From Bryobacterales bacterium (lineage in GTDB: Bacteria > Acidobacteriota > Terriglobia > Bryobacterales > UBA6623): a DNA stretch of 64,000 nucleotides. The stretch is taken from the NCBI GenBank assembly GCA_963422375.2, contig OY729428.2, positions 1,376,001 to 1,440,000 of the forward strand, given 5' to 3'. This document shows positions 1 to 9,209 of this stretch, in pieces; position 1 is the first letter of the stretch, and the number at the start of each line of letters is the position of its first letter. Made by a program: the position numbers and the translations under genes. The notes beneath the pieces are model-generated. The model was not told where the DNA came from. It saw only the letters and a program-made list of their open reading frames with translations, and searched no databases.

Positions 1-324
1 GGTCGAGAGATGCAAGGAAGCAAGCAACTCACGCAGAGCCCTAGTGTCGCAACGATATTCGCGTCCCTGACAAAGACTGCGGTCAGGACCGAGGATAGAA
101 TCCGACAAGAAGGGAGAGCCGGACTCTGTGGGAAGCCTACGCCTGCCGTGCGACCGGTCCGACAGTCCCGCTCTGCGCGGCCAAATCCCAACGTCCGGGC
201 AAGCTGCTGGCAACGCCCCGAGTGCCCCGGACTAATTGAGCGCCCGAGCCGAGACCTCGGCAATGGTCTGGGAACGGGTGCCGGAGTGTGGCCCTCCGTC
301 GCCTGCGGTAGACTCGAGACAGCG

Positions 325-1194
325 ATGATCGATCCGCCGAAGCCCGCAAGCCCCGCCAAGCCCGCCAGGGTGGCAGAGCAAGCGGTGCCGGTCTCGGGGC
401 TGATCGTTCCGCAGGGATCGCCGGAGGGTGCGGCCCGGGACCGCGGACGGGTCGCGAATCAGTCCGCTCCCGCCGAAATTGTCGACATGGATGAGCTGCG
501 CAGTTCCGCGGCTGCTGCTGCCAGCGAGGGTCAACACGAAGCCCAAGCCAACCTGGAAGTCCGAATCCAAGAGAACCTGGATTCGTTTCAGACGGAGATC
601 GAGAAGAAGATTGCAGTGGGCCATGCCGAGACCCGCAGGCTCCTTGACGCGCACGAGGAGGCGTGGGCCGCTCGGCACAACCAGCTACTGGACAAGGTCC
701 ACTCTCTGCAGTCGGAGTATCGGACTAGTTTCGCCTCGTTACAGTCGGAAGTCCGAGACAAGATCGACTCGCACCAGTCCGAGATTCGAAGGGTGCTTGA
801 TGAGCGCGAAAAGCGGTAGGACGCTCGCCACGACCAGCTTCAAGGCATGATCGAGTCACTCCGGTCGGCGACGGTAACTAATATCGATGCGCTGCGGTCG
901 GAGATGAGAACGAGAATATCCGCGCTGGAGAACCGGATCAATGAGAGAGACAAGGTCTGGGATGCCCGCTACAATGCACTGCTAGCCGAGATTAGGTCCA
1001 GTCGCTGGGTTTTTAGCGTGGCCATGACCCTTGTCATGCTGCTGCTGGCCCTGATTGCGGCCGGGGTGTTGCCATTCTTTCGGGACGAGCCCGAGCGGCC
1101 AGCGCCGCCGCCCGTCGCCGCTGGCCAGTCGCAGGATCCAGCGTCGGAACTCGAACCCGGTCCCGAGAGAAGCGATCCTGATTCGGGGCCCTGA
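325..1194 (+). pseudogene. Coiled-coil repeat protein with C-terminal TM helix, interrupted by one in-frame TAG (817-819)
   Basis: ORFs 10..819 and 847..1194 share a frame; repeats EEAWAARHNQL / EKR*DARHDQL / DKVWDARYNAL put the stop at a Trp position; TM segment WVFSVAMTLVMLLLALIAAGVLPFF; ATG at 325 is the likely start. Confidence 0.6.
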
Positions 1195-1340
1195 CGCAGG
1201 TAGCGACAGCAATGGTCCTCGCCCCCGTCCTCGGTTCCGTTCGGAAGCCTGTAGGAAGACGGGGTGTCTGGCTTGCGCCGAGCGCCGGATGGTGACTGGT
1301 GCCGCCAGTGACGAATCGAGGGGAGATTCCATATGCGATC

Positions 1341-1443
1341 CAGCGATTCTAAATTCGCGCATTCCGGGATTGCCAGAGTGTCTTAGAAAGGTGTCGAAGG
1401 CAGGCAGGCACCTGACTCCTCCTAGCTCGATGCGCGAGTTGGC
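1341..1443 (+). mobile_element. Left end of ISNCY-like IS (end only)
   Basis: CAGCGATTCTAAATTCGCGCATTCCGGGATTGCCAGAGTGTCTTAGAAAGGTGTCGAAGG matches 4238.. and the reverse complement of 54860-54962, which lies upstream of the ISNCY transposase. Confidence 0.8.
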
Positions 1444-2005
1444 GCGCGAGCCCGAGCATGTGCGGGGACGTTACGGGGACGGGGAATTCGGGCGCGGCTG
1501 CCTAATGGCGCTGCGCTTGGCTGAAGCGGGCGTCCGAGTGGAGCAGATCTACTACGGCGACGGCCGACCGCGGGACAGCCACGACGACATCATGACCCGG
1601 AAGGCCCACGCGGAGAGCTGCGACGGCCCGATCGCGGCCCTGCTCGAGGACCTGAAGGATCGCGGCATGCTCGACGAGACCTTGGTGATCGCGGGGAGCG
1701 AGTTCGGGCGCACGCCGGTGATCCGGAACTCGGGCACGGGGAAGGCGGGCCGCGGTCGAGACCGCAATCCTCCGGGGTATTCGGTGCTGCTGGCAGGCGG
1801 GGGGATCCGCCGCGGCCGGGCCTACGGCGCAACCGACGAATTCGGCTGCAAGGCAGCGGACCAGCCCGTCACGCCGCACGACTTGCACGCGACGGCGCTG
1901 CACCTGCTCGGCATCGACCATGCGAAGCTGACCTACCGCCATGGCGGACGGGACTATCGGCTGACAGACGTTCGCGGCACGGTGGTTCGCGACTGGCTCG
2001 CATAG
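1430..2005 (+). pseudogene. DUF1501 family protein, C-terminal fragment
   Basis: FGRGCLMALRLAEAGVR, DGPIAALLEDLKDRGMLDETLVI.GSEFGRTP, HDLHATALHLLGIDH; N-terminal part replaced by the IS end; conserved WDSH reads RDSH. Confidence 0.8.
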
Positions 2006-2122
2006 TCTCTCGGATTCAAGCATGGAGGGTTTTCCCAGGGAGTTCGGAAGGCTTTTGCGCCTCCGTCCGAGCTCGCGGGCCGAGTGCTGGAACAGCTGCA
2101 GGCCGGGGGGCAGGGAGTGATC

Positions 2123-3961
2123 ATGCCTGCACATGGCGGGGACCAGGCACGCACGGCGCTGCCGGCAGGCACGTTGCTCCATCACGGTGCGTACGCGGTG
2201 CGGGCCCAGCTGGGCCACGGCGGTTTCGGGATCGTCTACCGGGCGCTGCACCGTGAACTGCGGCTGGCGGTAGCGATCAAGGAGTACTTCCCGGTCGAGC
2301 TGGCCGTGCGCGAGGGCGGGACCGTCCATCCGAGGAGCGGCGCGCGCGGGGAGGATTTCGCGGACGGGCTGGAGCGCTTTCTCGGCGAGGCCCGTCGTCT
2401 GACCGAGTTCAAGGGCCTGTCGAGCATCGTGACTTGCCGGGACTTCTTCCGCGAGAACGGCACGGCGTACATCGTGATGGGCCACGAGGACGCCATGTCG
2501 CTGGGGGACCTGCTGGCGGCGCGGGAGGCGGCGGGCCAGCCGTTCGGCGAGGCCGACCTGCGGGCGGTGGTCCTGCCGCTGCTGGCAGGGCTGAGGAAGG
2601 TCCACGACGCCGGGGTGCTGCACCGGGACATCAAGCCGAGCAACATCCTGATCCGGCGGGATGCGGACCGGGAGGGCGACCGGCCGGTGCTGATCGATTT
2701 CGGAGCGGCGAAGCAGACGGTCGCGGGGCTGTCGCGGACGTACGCGCCGTACACGGAGGGGTACGCGGCGATCGAGCAAGTCGGGGAGGGCAAGCTAGGG
2801 CCGTGGACGGACCTCTACGCCCTCGGGGCGGTGATGTGGCGGATGGTGGCGGGGGGCGCGCCGGAGTCGGTGTCGCGGCTGCCGGCGAAGGTGGAGACGC
2901 GGACGAACGCGTACCTGCGGGGGGAGGCCGATCCCTTGCGCTCCGCGCGAGAGGTGGGATCCGGCCGCTTCTCGGAAAGGACACTCGAGGCGATTGACCG
3001 GTGCTTGGCGCTGCGGGACGCGGACCGGGTGCAGGACTGCGCGGATCTGGCGAGGCTCCTGCAAGTACCGAAACATGCCCCGGTGGCGCTGCGAAGTGAG
3101 GCGAAGCCGTCGGGGGCGGAATCGGATGAAGCGGAATCATCGACAGCTGCATCCGGTGAGAAGCCGCCTCCACGCCGGGTTACTCGATGGACGAGTGCCT
3201 CGCTGGCGGCGATGGTCGTCGCCGTCTCAATAGCTGCGGTCGTCTGGGTGGGGGACGTCAAGAATGGGGACGTCAAGAATGAGGTCACGAACAGCATCGG
3301 AATGCGGTTCGTGCTGGTGCGTGCGGGAAGCTTCCGGATGGGGTCGCCTCTCGGCGAGGATGGGCGGTTCCTTAACGAGCCCCTCCACGACGTGACGATC
3401 ACAAAGGACTTCTATCTCGGCAAGTACGAGGTGACCCAGCGGGAGTGGCGGGCCGTGATGGGGAACAACCCGTCTAGGTTCGCCGGGTGCGATGACTGCC
3501 CGGTAGAGAATGTGTCGTGGAACGATGCGACCGAGTTCGTCACCGAGCTGAACCAGCTGGAGAGAATCAATGCCTACCGTTTGCCGACGGAGGCGGAATG
3601 GGAGTACGCGGCGCGGGCCGGGACGGACGGGGCGCGATACCATTCCGCAATCGGAGCGGTCGCGTGGTACGCCCGAAACAGCGATGCCCGGACGCATCCG
3701 GTCGGAGGGAAAACGCCCAACGCTTGGGGTCTGCACGACATGCTGGGGAACGTGTGGGAGTGGGTGCAGGACTGGTACGGGTCCTACCCGAGCGGCGCTG
3801 CGACAGATCCGCGAGGCCCCGCTACGGGCTCCGGCCGGGTCCTTCGGGGCGGCAGCTGGAGCAACCATCCGCGGTACGGCCGGTCAGCGTACCGCTACGG
3901 GGTCAGCCCCGGCTACCGCTACAGCTACCTGGGCTTCCGCGTGCTGAGGACAGTGCCGTAA
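2123..3961 (+). CDS. Ser/Thr protein kinase + TM helix + FGE-sulfatase (SUMF1/CLec-fold) domain protein; putative DGR target
   Basis: GHGGFG, AIKE, HRDIKPSN, DFG; TM ASLAAMVVAVSIAAVVWVG; FGE motifs F.MGS, YEVTQ, RLPTEAEWEYAARAG, NAWGLHDMLGNVWEW, RGGSW, LGFR; GGGAG RBS before ATG 2123. Confidence 0.92.
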   Translation: MPAHGGDQARTALPAGTLLHHGAYAVRAQLGHGGFGIVYRALHRELRLAVAIKEYFPVELAVREGGTVHPRSGARGEDFADGLERFLGEARRLTEFKGLSSIVTCRDFFRENGTAYIVMGHEDAMSLGDLLAAREAAGQPFGEADLRAVVLPLLAGLRKVHDAGVLHRDIKPSNILIRRDADREGDRPVLIDFGAAKQTVAGLSRTYAPYTEGYAAIEQVGEGKLGPWTDLYALGAVMWRMVAGGAPESVSRLPAKVETRTNAYLRGEADPLRSAREVGSGRFSERTLEAIDRCLALRDADRVQDCADLARLLQVPKHAPVALRSEAKPSGAESDEAESSTAASGEKPPPRRVTRWTSASLAAMVVAVSIAAVVWVGDVKNGDVKNEVTNSIGMRFVLVRAGSFRMGSPLGEDGRFLNEPLHDVTITKDFYLGKYEVTQREWRAVMGNNPSRFAGCDDCPVENVSWNDATEFVTELNQLERINAYRLPTEAEWEYAARAGTDGARYHSAIGAVAWYARNSDARTHPVGGKTPNAWGLHDMLGNVWEWVQDWYGSYPSGAATDPRGPATGSGRVLRGGSWSNHPRYGRSAYRYGVSPGYRYSYLGFRVLRTVP

Positions 3962-4237
3962 CCCTCTGCGCTCTTACCCTCCTGCCCTTTGCCAGAAGGC
4001 CTTGGAGACGCTGGCCGGGAGACGGGCGCGAAGCGGTCCGAATCGACCGGCCAGCCGGAACCAAGCCCGCACTCACGCACTCCCGCCGCGGAATCTCCTG
4101 GTGGCAGGTTCCTGCCGATGCTCCGTGGCGGGCCGACCGACGCCATTGCCGAAGGTTGATCTGCGGCTGTGCTGTCCGTCGCGAGTGCGACGCTGGCTTG
4201 ACGCTGCGGGGTGCCCGGCGCATTGTCGGTCAGGATC

Positions 4238-4350
4238 CAGCGATTCCAAACTTGGGCATTTTGGGATTTCCAGAGTGTCTGAGAAGAGTGTCGAAGGGAG
4301 TCTGGCGCAGGCAGGCACTTGACTTTTCCTAGCCGAATTCGTGAGCCGTC
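4238..4350 (+). mobile_element. Second left end of ISNCY-like IS
   Basis: CAGCGATTCCAAACTTGGGCATTTTGGGATTTCCAGAGTGTCTGAGA is near-identical to the reverse complement of 54916-54962. Confidence 0.8.
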
Positions 4351-4667
4351 GTGCGTTCGCGAATGCACGGGATAGCGCACGGTCGGAAGCCGCGACGGAG
4401 GGGGTGATCACCCATCCGCACCATTCGCTGCGTGGTCGGTCGTACCCGCTCCACTTCCGGCACACGGTCAGAGGCGTGCGCATGCCGAGCTGCGTGGCGG
4501 GCGAGGCGCAGCTGGCCTCCATCCCGGCCGCCTGGACCAACTGCCGGGAGGTCGACGACCTCGAGCGAGCGTCGGCGGGATGCTCCCTGTTCCGGGCGGA
4601 CGACTTGGAAGCGCTGCGCGAGTTCGTCGACCTCCCGCTCGAAGGGGCGGAGCGTAACCAGAAATAA
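4341..4667 (+). CDS. DUF5372 (Y4bD/Y4pK-like) small protein of serine-recombinase elements, possibly degenerate
   Basis: ITHPHHSLRGRSY...LASIPAAWT...AGCSLFRADDLEALREFVD pattern; next to HTH and recombinase remnants. Confidence 0.6.
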   Translation: MSRRAFANARDSARSEAATEGVITHPHHSLRGRSYPLHFRHTVRGVRMPSCVAGEAQLASIPAAWTNCREVDDLERASAGCSLFRADDLEALREFVDLPLEGAERNQK

Positions 4668-4818
4668 TGGTGTTGCGTTGTCAGAATACTTTCCGCAACC
4701 CAGGCCTGATCAGGCGCGGAACCGCCCCCTAGGGAGGGAACCGGGGCGTGAGGCCTCGAAAGCGGCCGCGCGCACTGGATCTCTTGCGGCCGATCCGCGG
4801 ATTAACCAATGGAGCGTC

Positions 4819-5300
4819 ATGACGGCCCCGAAATCTTCCGGCCCGCCCCTGCCCGGCGACAAGCGCGAGCGGCTCAAACGGGCTGGCACCCTCAATCCCC
4901 ATCCGGAGCGCGTGCGGGATCCGGCCCTTCGCGAGGGCGGCTTCTTCGACCCGCTCGACTTGTTGCAGGTGCGCTACGAGATGGTGCGCCTGGTGCGCCG
5001 TGGCTAGGTCACCCTGGCCGCGGCCGCGCAACGCTTCGGCGTCTCACGCGGGATCTGCTTCCGTGCCGTGAGGGCCTTTGCCGAATGCGGCCTGGCGGAC
5101 CTGGTGCCGCAAGTGCGGGGCCCGTGCGGACCGCACAAGGTGACGCCCGAGATCCTGCGCTTCGTGGCAGCCCACCGCGCCGAGCAGGGCGCGGTGGGGT
5201 CGCGCAAGCCGATGCCACTGATCCGCGACCGCTTCGGCGTGCAGCTGCATCCGCGTGGGCTGGAAAAGGCCTTGCAGCGAGCGAAAAGGGGAGTCCGGGA
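4819..5300 (+). pseudogene. HTH-domain protein of serine-recombinase element, in-frame TAG at 5005-5007
   Basis: GTLNPHPERVRDP...FFDPLDLLQVRYEMVR...G*VTLAAAAQRFGVSR...GLADLVPQVRGPCGPHKVTPE in one frame; 3' end approximate. Confidence 0.7.
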
Positions 5301-5506
5301 TAAGCGCGAGGGTGGCGGTCGAGGGGGACGGGGCGCGCTACGAACGCTGGCGCCGGCAGTGGCTCGAGGGGCGCGACAGCGTCGCGATCGCGAACGTGCG
5401 CTTGCACGGCCCGGCCCGGGCCGGCGGTCCTGGAGCAGGCCGGGGCCATGCTGCGCGAGCTGCCGGAAGAGCCCGGGGCCCGCCCGTGCCTGAGAGCGTG
5501 TCGCAC

Positions 5507-5857
5507 ATGGTACAAGCGCGGCACCTGGCGCGCGAGGCCGTCCTGTAGATGCGCCAGTCCTCGCTGCGACAGGACGAGCGAAACACCGAGAGCGGTCGGC
5601 GCCAGTACGAGCTGCGCCGGGAGGCGGTGGCCTTGGGCTGGCCGGAAGAGCGCATCCGCGTGATCGACGGGGACCAGGGCAAGTCGGGGGCGAGCAGCGA
5701 GCACCGCAGCGGGTTCCGCGACCTGATGGCGCGGGTGGCGGCCGGAGAGGTGGGCTTGGTGCTGAGCCTGGAGGTCTCGCGCCAGGCGCGGAACAGTGCC
5801 GACTGGCACCAACTGCTGCAGGTGGCCGCGCTGACCGACACGCTGATCCCGGAAGAC
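5507..5857 (+). pseudogene. Large serine recombinase, truncated catalytic domain
   Basis: HLAREAVL*MRQSSLRQ..NTESGRRQY..GWPEERIRVIDGDQGKSG..RSGFRDLMA..GLVLSLEVSRQARNSADWHQLL; the YxRQS Tyr is TAG; fused to IS DNA at ~5858. Confidence 0.85.
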
Positions 5858-6213
5858 CCGCAGTGCTCGGTGCGGCGCGTCGACAGCGAGCACCGACCGC
5901 CGTACGTCCACACCATGGTCGCGGCCATCGAGGTGGCCGACGGCCACGGCACCGTCCCGCCGGTGATGCTCGTGTTCGTGCGCCCGTAGCAGGACGCGGC
6001 CGCGACCCGCGCCGACCTGAGCGAGGACGAGCGCAACCGGGACTGCGCGCAGCAACGCCGCCAAGCGCTGGATCGCCGCTCACGGCACTTGGCTGCATGC
6101 CTGCTGCCCCGTCCTGCCGGGCGACGCCCTGTACGGCTGCCAGCCGGTCTGCGAGGCCGCCGCAGCCGCCGGCATGGCTCGCACCCCCTTGATGGCCACA
6201 TCTAGAATCGCTG
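5858..6213 (+). mobile_element. ISNCY-like transposase internal fragment plus right end
   Basis: 5858-6177 is homologous to the reverse complement of 54131-54455; GCACCCCCTTGATGGCCACATCTAGAATCGCTG (6181-6213) matches the reverse complement of 52189-52221. Confidence 0.85.
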
Positions 6214-6410
6214 TATGCGATCACTCCAGGTCGGCTCGACAGGAGGTCGGCTAACGTTCGCGGCTTGACGTGTCCGGGAAGCCCTATTTCTCCCTGCGAG
6301 GCCCTGCGGCGATGAGGTCTAAGCAATTCGAGCGCAACGCGAACGATTTCGCCGGTGGGCTCGCAATATGTGATCGGGATGCGACCGTGGCGGCTGCTGA
6401 CGGTCGGGCA

Positions 6411-7904
6411 TCATTGGCCGACTCTCGAAGGTCCCTCAGGAAACGGGTCCAGCCCTTCCTTGTATCTTGGGTTCGGTCGCGGAACAACGGCGTCCGTCTC
6501 CGATAGAAACACTTCGATGAGAGCGTTCAATTCCCTCACTCTCTCGGGACTCGAGCCCGCAACGTCGCGCCGCTCGCCGATGTCGTCCCGGAGATTGTAG
6601 AGTTCAAAGCGGTCCGCCTGGCCAGGTCCGTCGCAGTAGATCCGGATCAGCTTCCAGTCGCCTGCCCGCACCGCCGTGCTGGGGCGCTGGACGGTGGCCT
6701 GGGTGTAGTTGGGGATGTGCGTGAAGATCGCCCGCCTCTCGAGGCTCTGCCCGCGGAGTGCCGGCACGATGCTAATTCCGTCGAACTCTTGGCCCGCCTG
6801 CGCGGGCGTACCTGTCATTTCGAGCAAGGTTGGGTAGAAGTCGATGCTCTGGACGATCTCGTCGCTCTTCGACGCGGGCCGGACCGTCCCCGGCCAGACT
6901 ATGATCAGGGGCTCGCGGATCCCCCCTTCGTAGATGGACGACTTTCCGCTCCTAAGCGGGGCGTTGCTGGTGACAGCCACGCCGCCGTCGAAGCGATGGA
7001 CCATTCCGCCGTTGTCGGAGAAGAACACGATGACCGTGCGGTCCGCGATGCCGAGTTCGTCGATGGTTCCGACAAGAGTCCCGATGGCGTCGTCCAGGCT
7101 CTCGACCATCGCTCCGTTGATCGGATTGCGCTGCGGATAGTCAGGGTCGGCCCGTTTGCGGTACTTGTCGACGAGTTCGGGCTTGCCTTGGATCGGCGCG
7201 TGAACCGAAAAGCACCAGTAGTTGAGAAAGAACGGCCGGTCCTTGTTATCGCGCATGAACCGCGAGGCTTCGACGGCCATCCGATCTTCGATGTGCTCGC
7301 CCTCTTGCCCTTCGCCCGGCCAGAAGCTCCACGGCCCGAGGTAGCCGCCGGAGGGCCCCGGACCCGGGGTGTGCGGCAGGTTGATGCCGAAGCCTTGGCG
7401 GTAGGGGTCGTACGGCTCTCGCCCGAGGTGCCACTTGCCGAAATGCCCGGTCTCGTAACCCGCGCCGCGGAGCGCCTCCGCCAGCGTGATGTACTCGAGC
7501 CCGAGGCGGGTCAGGCTCTCGGCGGCCAAGGCGGGCTGGTTCTCGCGCCCCCGCGGCCGCAGGCCTTTTTCCAGCCGCTCCGCCGCCAGATGGCCGCTTG
7601 CCGAGGTGATGCCGATCCGTGCGGGGTGGAGCCCCGTCATGATGCTGGCGCGCGTTGGCGAGCAGATCGCGGCCGCGGCGTAGGCGTTTGTGAATTGCAT
7701 TCCGCGCCGGGCGAGCGCGTCGATATGGGGTGTCTCGTAGAACTCGCTGCCGTAGAGCGATGTGTCCCTCCATCCGAGGTCGTCGGCCAGGATGAAGACC
7801 ACATTGGGCGGTCGCTCGGCCTGCGCGGCGGGAGCGCGCGCCGCTGCCAGAAATTGCAGCAGCAGGGCCGCCACCGCCGACCATGCGCCAACTGACGTGC
7901 CCAT
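6411..7904 (-). CDS. Sulfatase (arylsulfatase A family), signal peptide
   Basis: PNVVFILADDLG, CSPTRASIMTG, GKWHLG, SDNGG, YEGGIREP. Confidence 0.95.
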   Translation of the reverse strand: MGTSVGAWSAVAALLLQFLAAARAPAAQAERPPNVVFILADDLGWRDTSLYGSEFYETPHIDALARRGMQFTNAYAAAAICSPTRASIMTGLHPARIGITSASGHLAAERLEKGLRPRGRENQPALAAESLTRLGLEYITLAEALRGAGYETGHFGKWHLGREPYDPYRQGFGINLPHTPGPGPSGGYLGPWSFWPGEGQEGEHIEDRMAVEASRFMRDNKDRPFFLNYWCFSVHAPIQGKPELVDKYRKRADPDYPQRNPINGAMVESLDDAIGTLVGTIDELGIADRTVIVFFSDNGGMVHRFDGGVAVTSNAPLRSGKSSIYEGGIREPLIIVWPGTVRPASKSDEIVQSIDFYPTLLEMTGTPAQAGQEFDGISIVPALRGQSLERRAIFTHIPNYTQATVQRPSTAVRAGDWKLIRIYCDGPGQADRFELYNLRDDIGERRDVAGSSPERVRELNALIEVFLSETDAVVPRPNPRYKEGLDPFPEGPSRVGQ

Positions 7905-8028
7905 TGCCCTTCCGCCTTCGCTCGCTGGATCCGCCCTCTAGGAATTGCTCGGCACTCGCCCGCTTCGGCTCTCGACGTTTCTCATGTCCGCCGGTCCCAA
8001 GGTGATCGACGGAGGGGGTGGCGAGGGG

Positions 8029-9000
8029 CTACGGGCCGCCGAGAATCTCCCCGTGCGGCTTGCCCTCGGCGAGTTCCGCGTAACGCACTCGGACCTGCTC
8101 GGCGAAGCGGTCCCCGACCCAGTTCGCGACATCGCCCGACAATTCTACGGTGGTCGATACGCCCGCGCCTTCCTCCACCGTCACGATGTTCTCCAGCGCA
8201 GTGCCGTCCTCGAAGGCCTTCCCTGCGGCTGTGTTGATCTCCTTGAAGAACTGCCGCTGCCCTTCCGCGATCTCGCGGCCGCCGGATGGTCCGTGCCCCG
8301 GCAGGAGCTTCTCGAAGTCCAATGCGAGAGCCTTGCCCACCACGTTCGGCCAGTTGCCCGTGTTCCCGTCGCCGGTGTAGTTGAAGGGGCCGTTCACAAT
8401 GGCGTCCCCCGTGCAGAGGATCTTCTCCTCGGGTAGGTAGACCATGCCGTCGCCGCGGGTGTGGGCCCAGCCGAAGTGGTGGAACTCGACACGGCGGCTC
8501 GCTCCCTCCAGAACATGAGGGGTCTCGCTGAATGTCTGCTGCGGGGGCTGTACCGAGTCCTCGCCCACCGCGGCAACGTCTTCTCGCGTGCTGGCAGCCT
8601 GCTGCCAGCGTTCGGGCTCGTAGCGCTCCATCTCCTGGGCCACGCCGACGTAGGCCAGAGTCGTGGCGCCTTCCCTCGTCCAGACCGCGTTGGCGTACGC
8701 GTGGTCGCCGTGATGATGCGTGTCGAACACGTAGCTGACCGGCTTCGAGCTGACCTTCTGGATGTCTTCCATCAGGGCGCGGGCGCCGCTGGGGAAGTTG
8801 GCGTCGACCACCAGCAGGCCCTCGCCGACGTCGATGACGACGTTGTTGCAGTGCCCGTGCTCGCGCTCGCCCATGCGGAACCAGACGCCGTCAGTGACCT
8901 GCTTCAGCGTGTCCGTCTCGGACGGCAGCGGGGGCGTGGACCCGCACGTCCAAACGACGCACAGTCCGATCGTCGCCAAAGCGATTAGAAAGATGCGCAT
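8029..9000 (-). CDS. MBL-fold metallo-hydrolase (cyclase-like), probable lipoprotein
   Basis: THHHGDH, AHTRGD, TGD, PGHG; hydrophobic N-terminus followed by Cys. Confidence 0.9.
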   Translation of the reverse strand: MRIFLIALATIGLCVVWTCGSTPPLPSETDTLKQVTDGVWFRMGEREHGHCNNVVIDVGEGLLVVDANFPSGARALMEDIQKVSSKPVSYVFDTHHHGDHAYANAVWTREGATTLAYVGVAQEMERYEPERWQQAASTREDVAAVGEDSVQPPQQTFSETPHVLEGASRRVEFHHFGWAHTRGDGMVYLPEEKILCTGDAIVNGPFNYTGDGNTGNWPNVVGKALALDFEKLLPGHGPSGGREIAEGQRQFFKEINTAAGKAFEDGTALENIVTVEEGAGVSTTVELSGDVANWVGDRFAEQVRVRYAELAEGKPHGEILGGP

Positions 9001-9209
9001 GGTGCAGTCCCAGTCGGGCCGCTCGGGGTCCGACGAGTTGGATTGTACCCCGGACCGCCAGGCCAGACAACCGCTGCGGCGCGAAATTCCTCGCGCGACG
9101 GCCGTCGGCGCGCCGACTGAGCGCCGACCCTGCAGACGATGAGGGTCGAATACAATGGCTCTGCCCGGCGCTCGGGCCGGGCGTCAGGCAGGGAAGGAGA
9201 CTAGCGACG

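Noticed and set aside
2123..3961. True formylglycine-generating enzyme for the nearby sulfatases
   Set aside because: Lacks the catalytic cysteine motif and is fused to a kinase and TM helix; binding-type FGE fold
3961..6400. DGR template repeat, RT or Avd near the kinase gene
   Set aside because: No AAC-rich copy of the VR and no RT motifs seen anywhere in the window; only the target is supported
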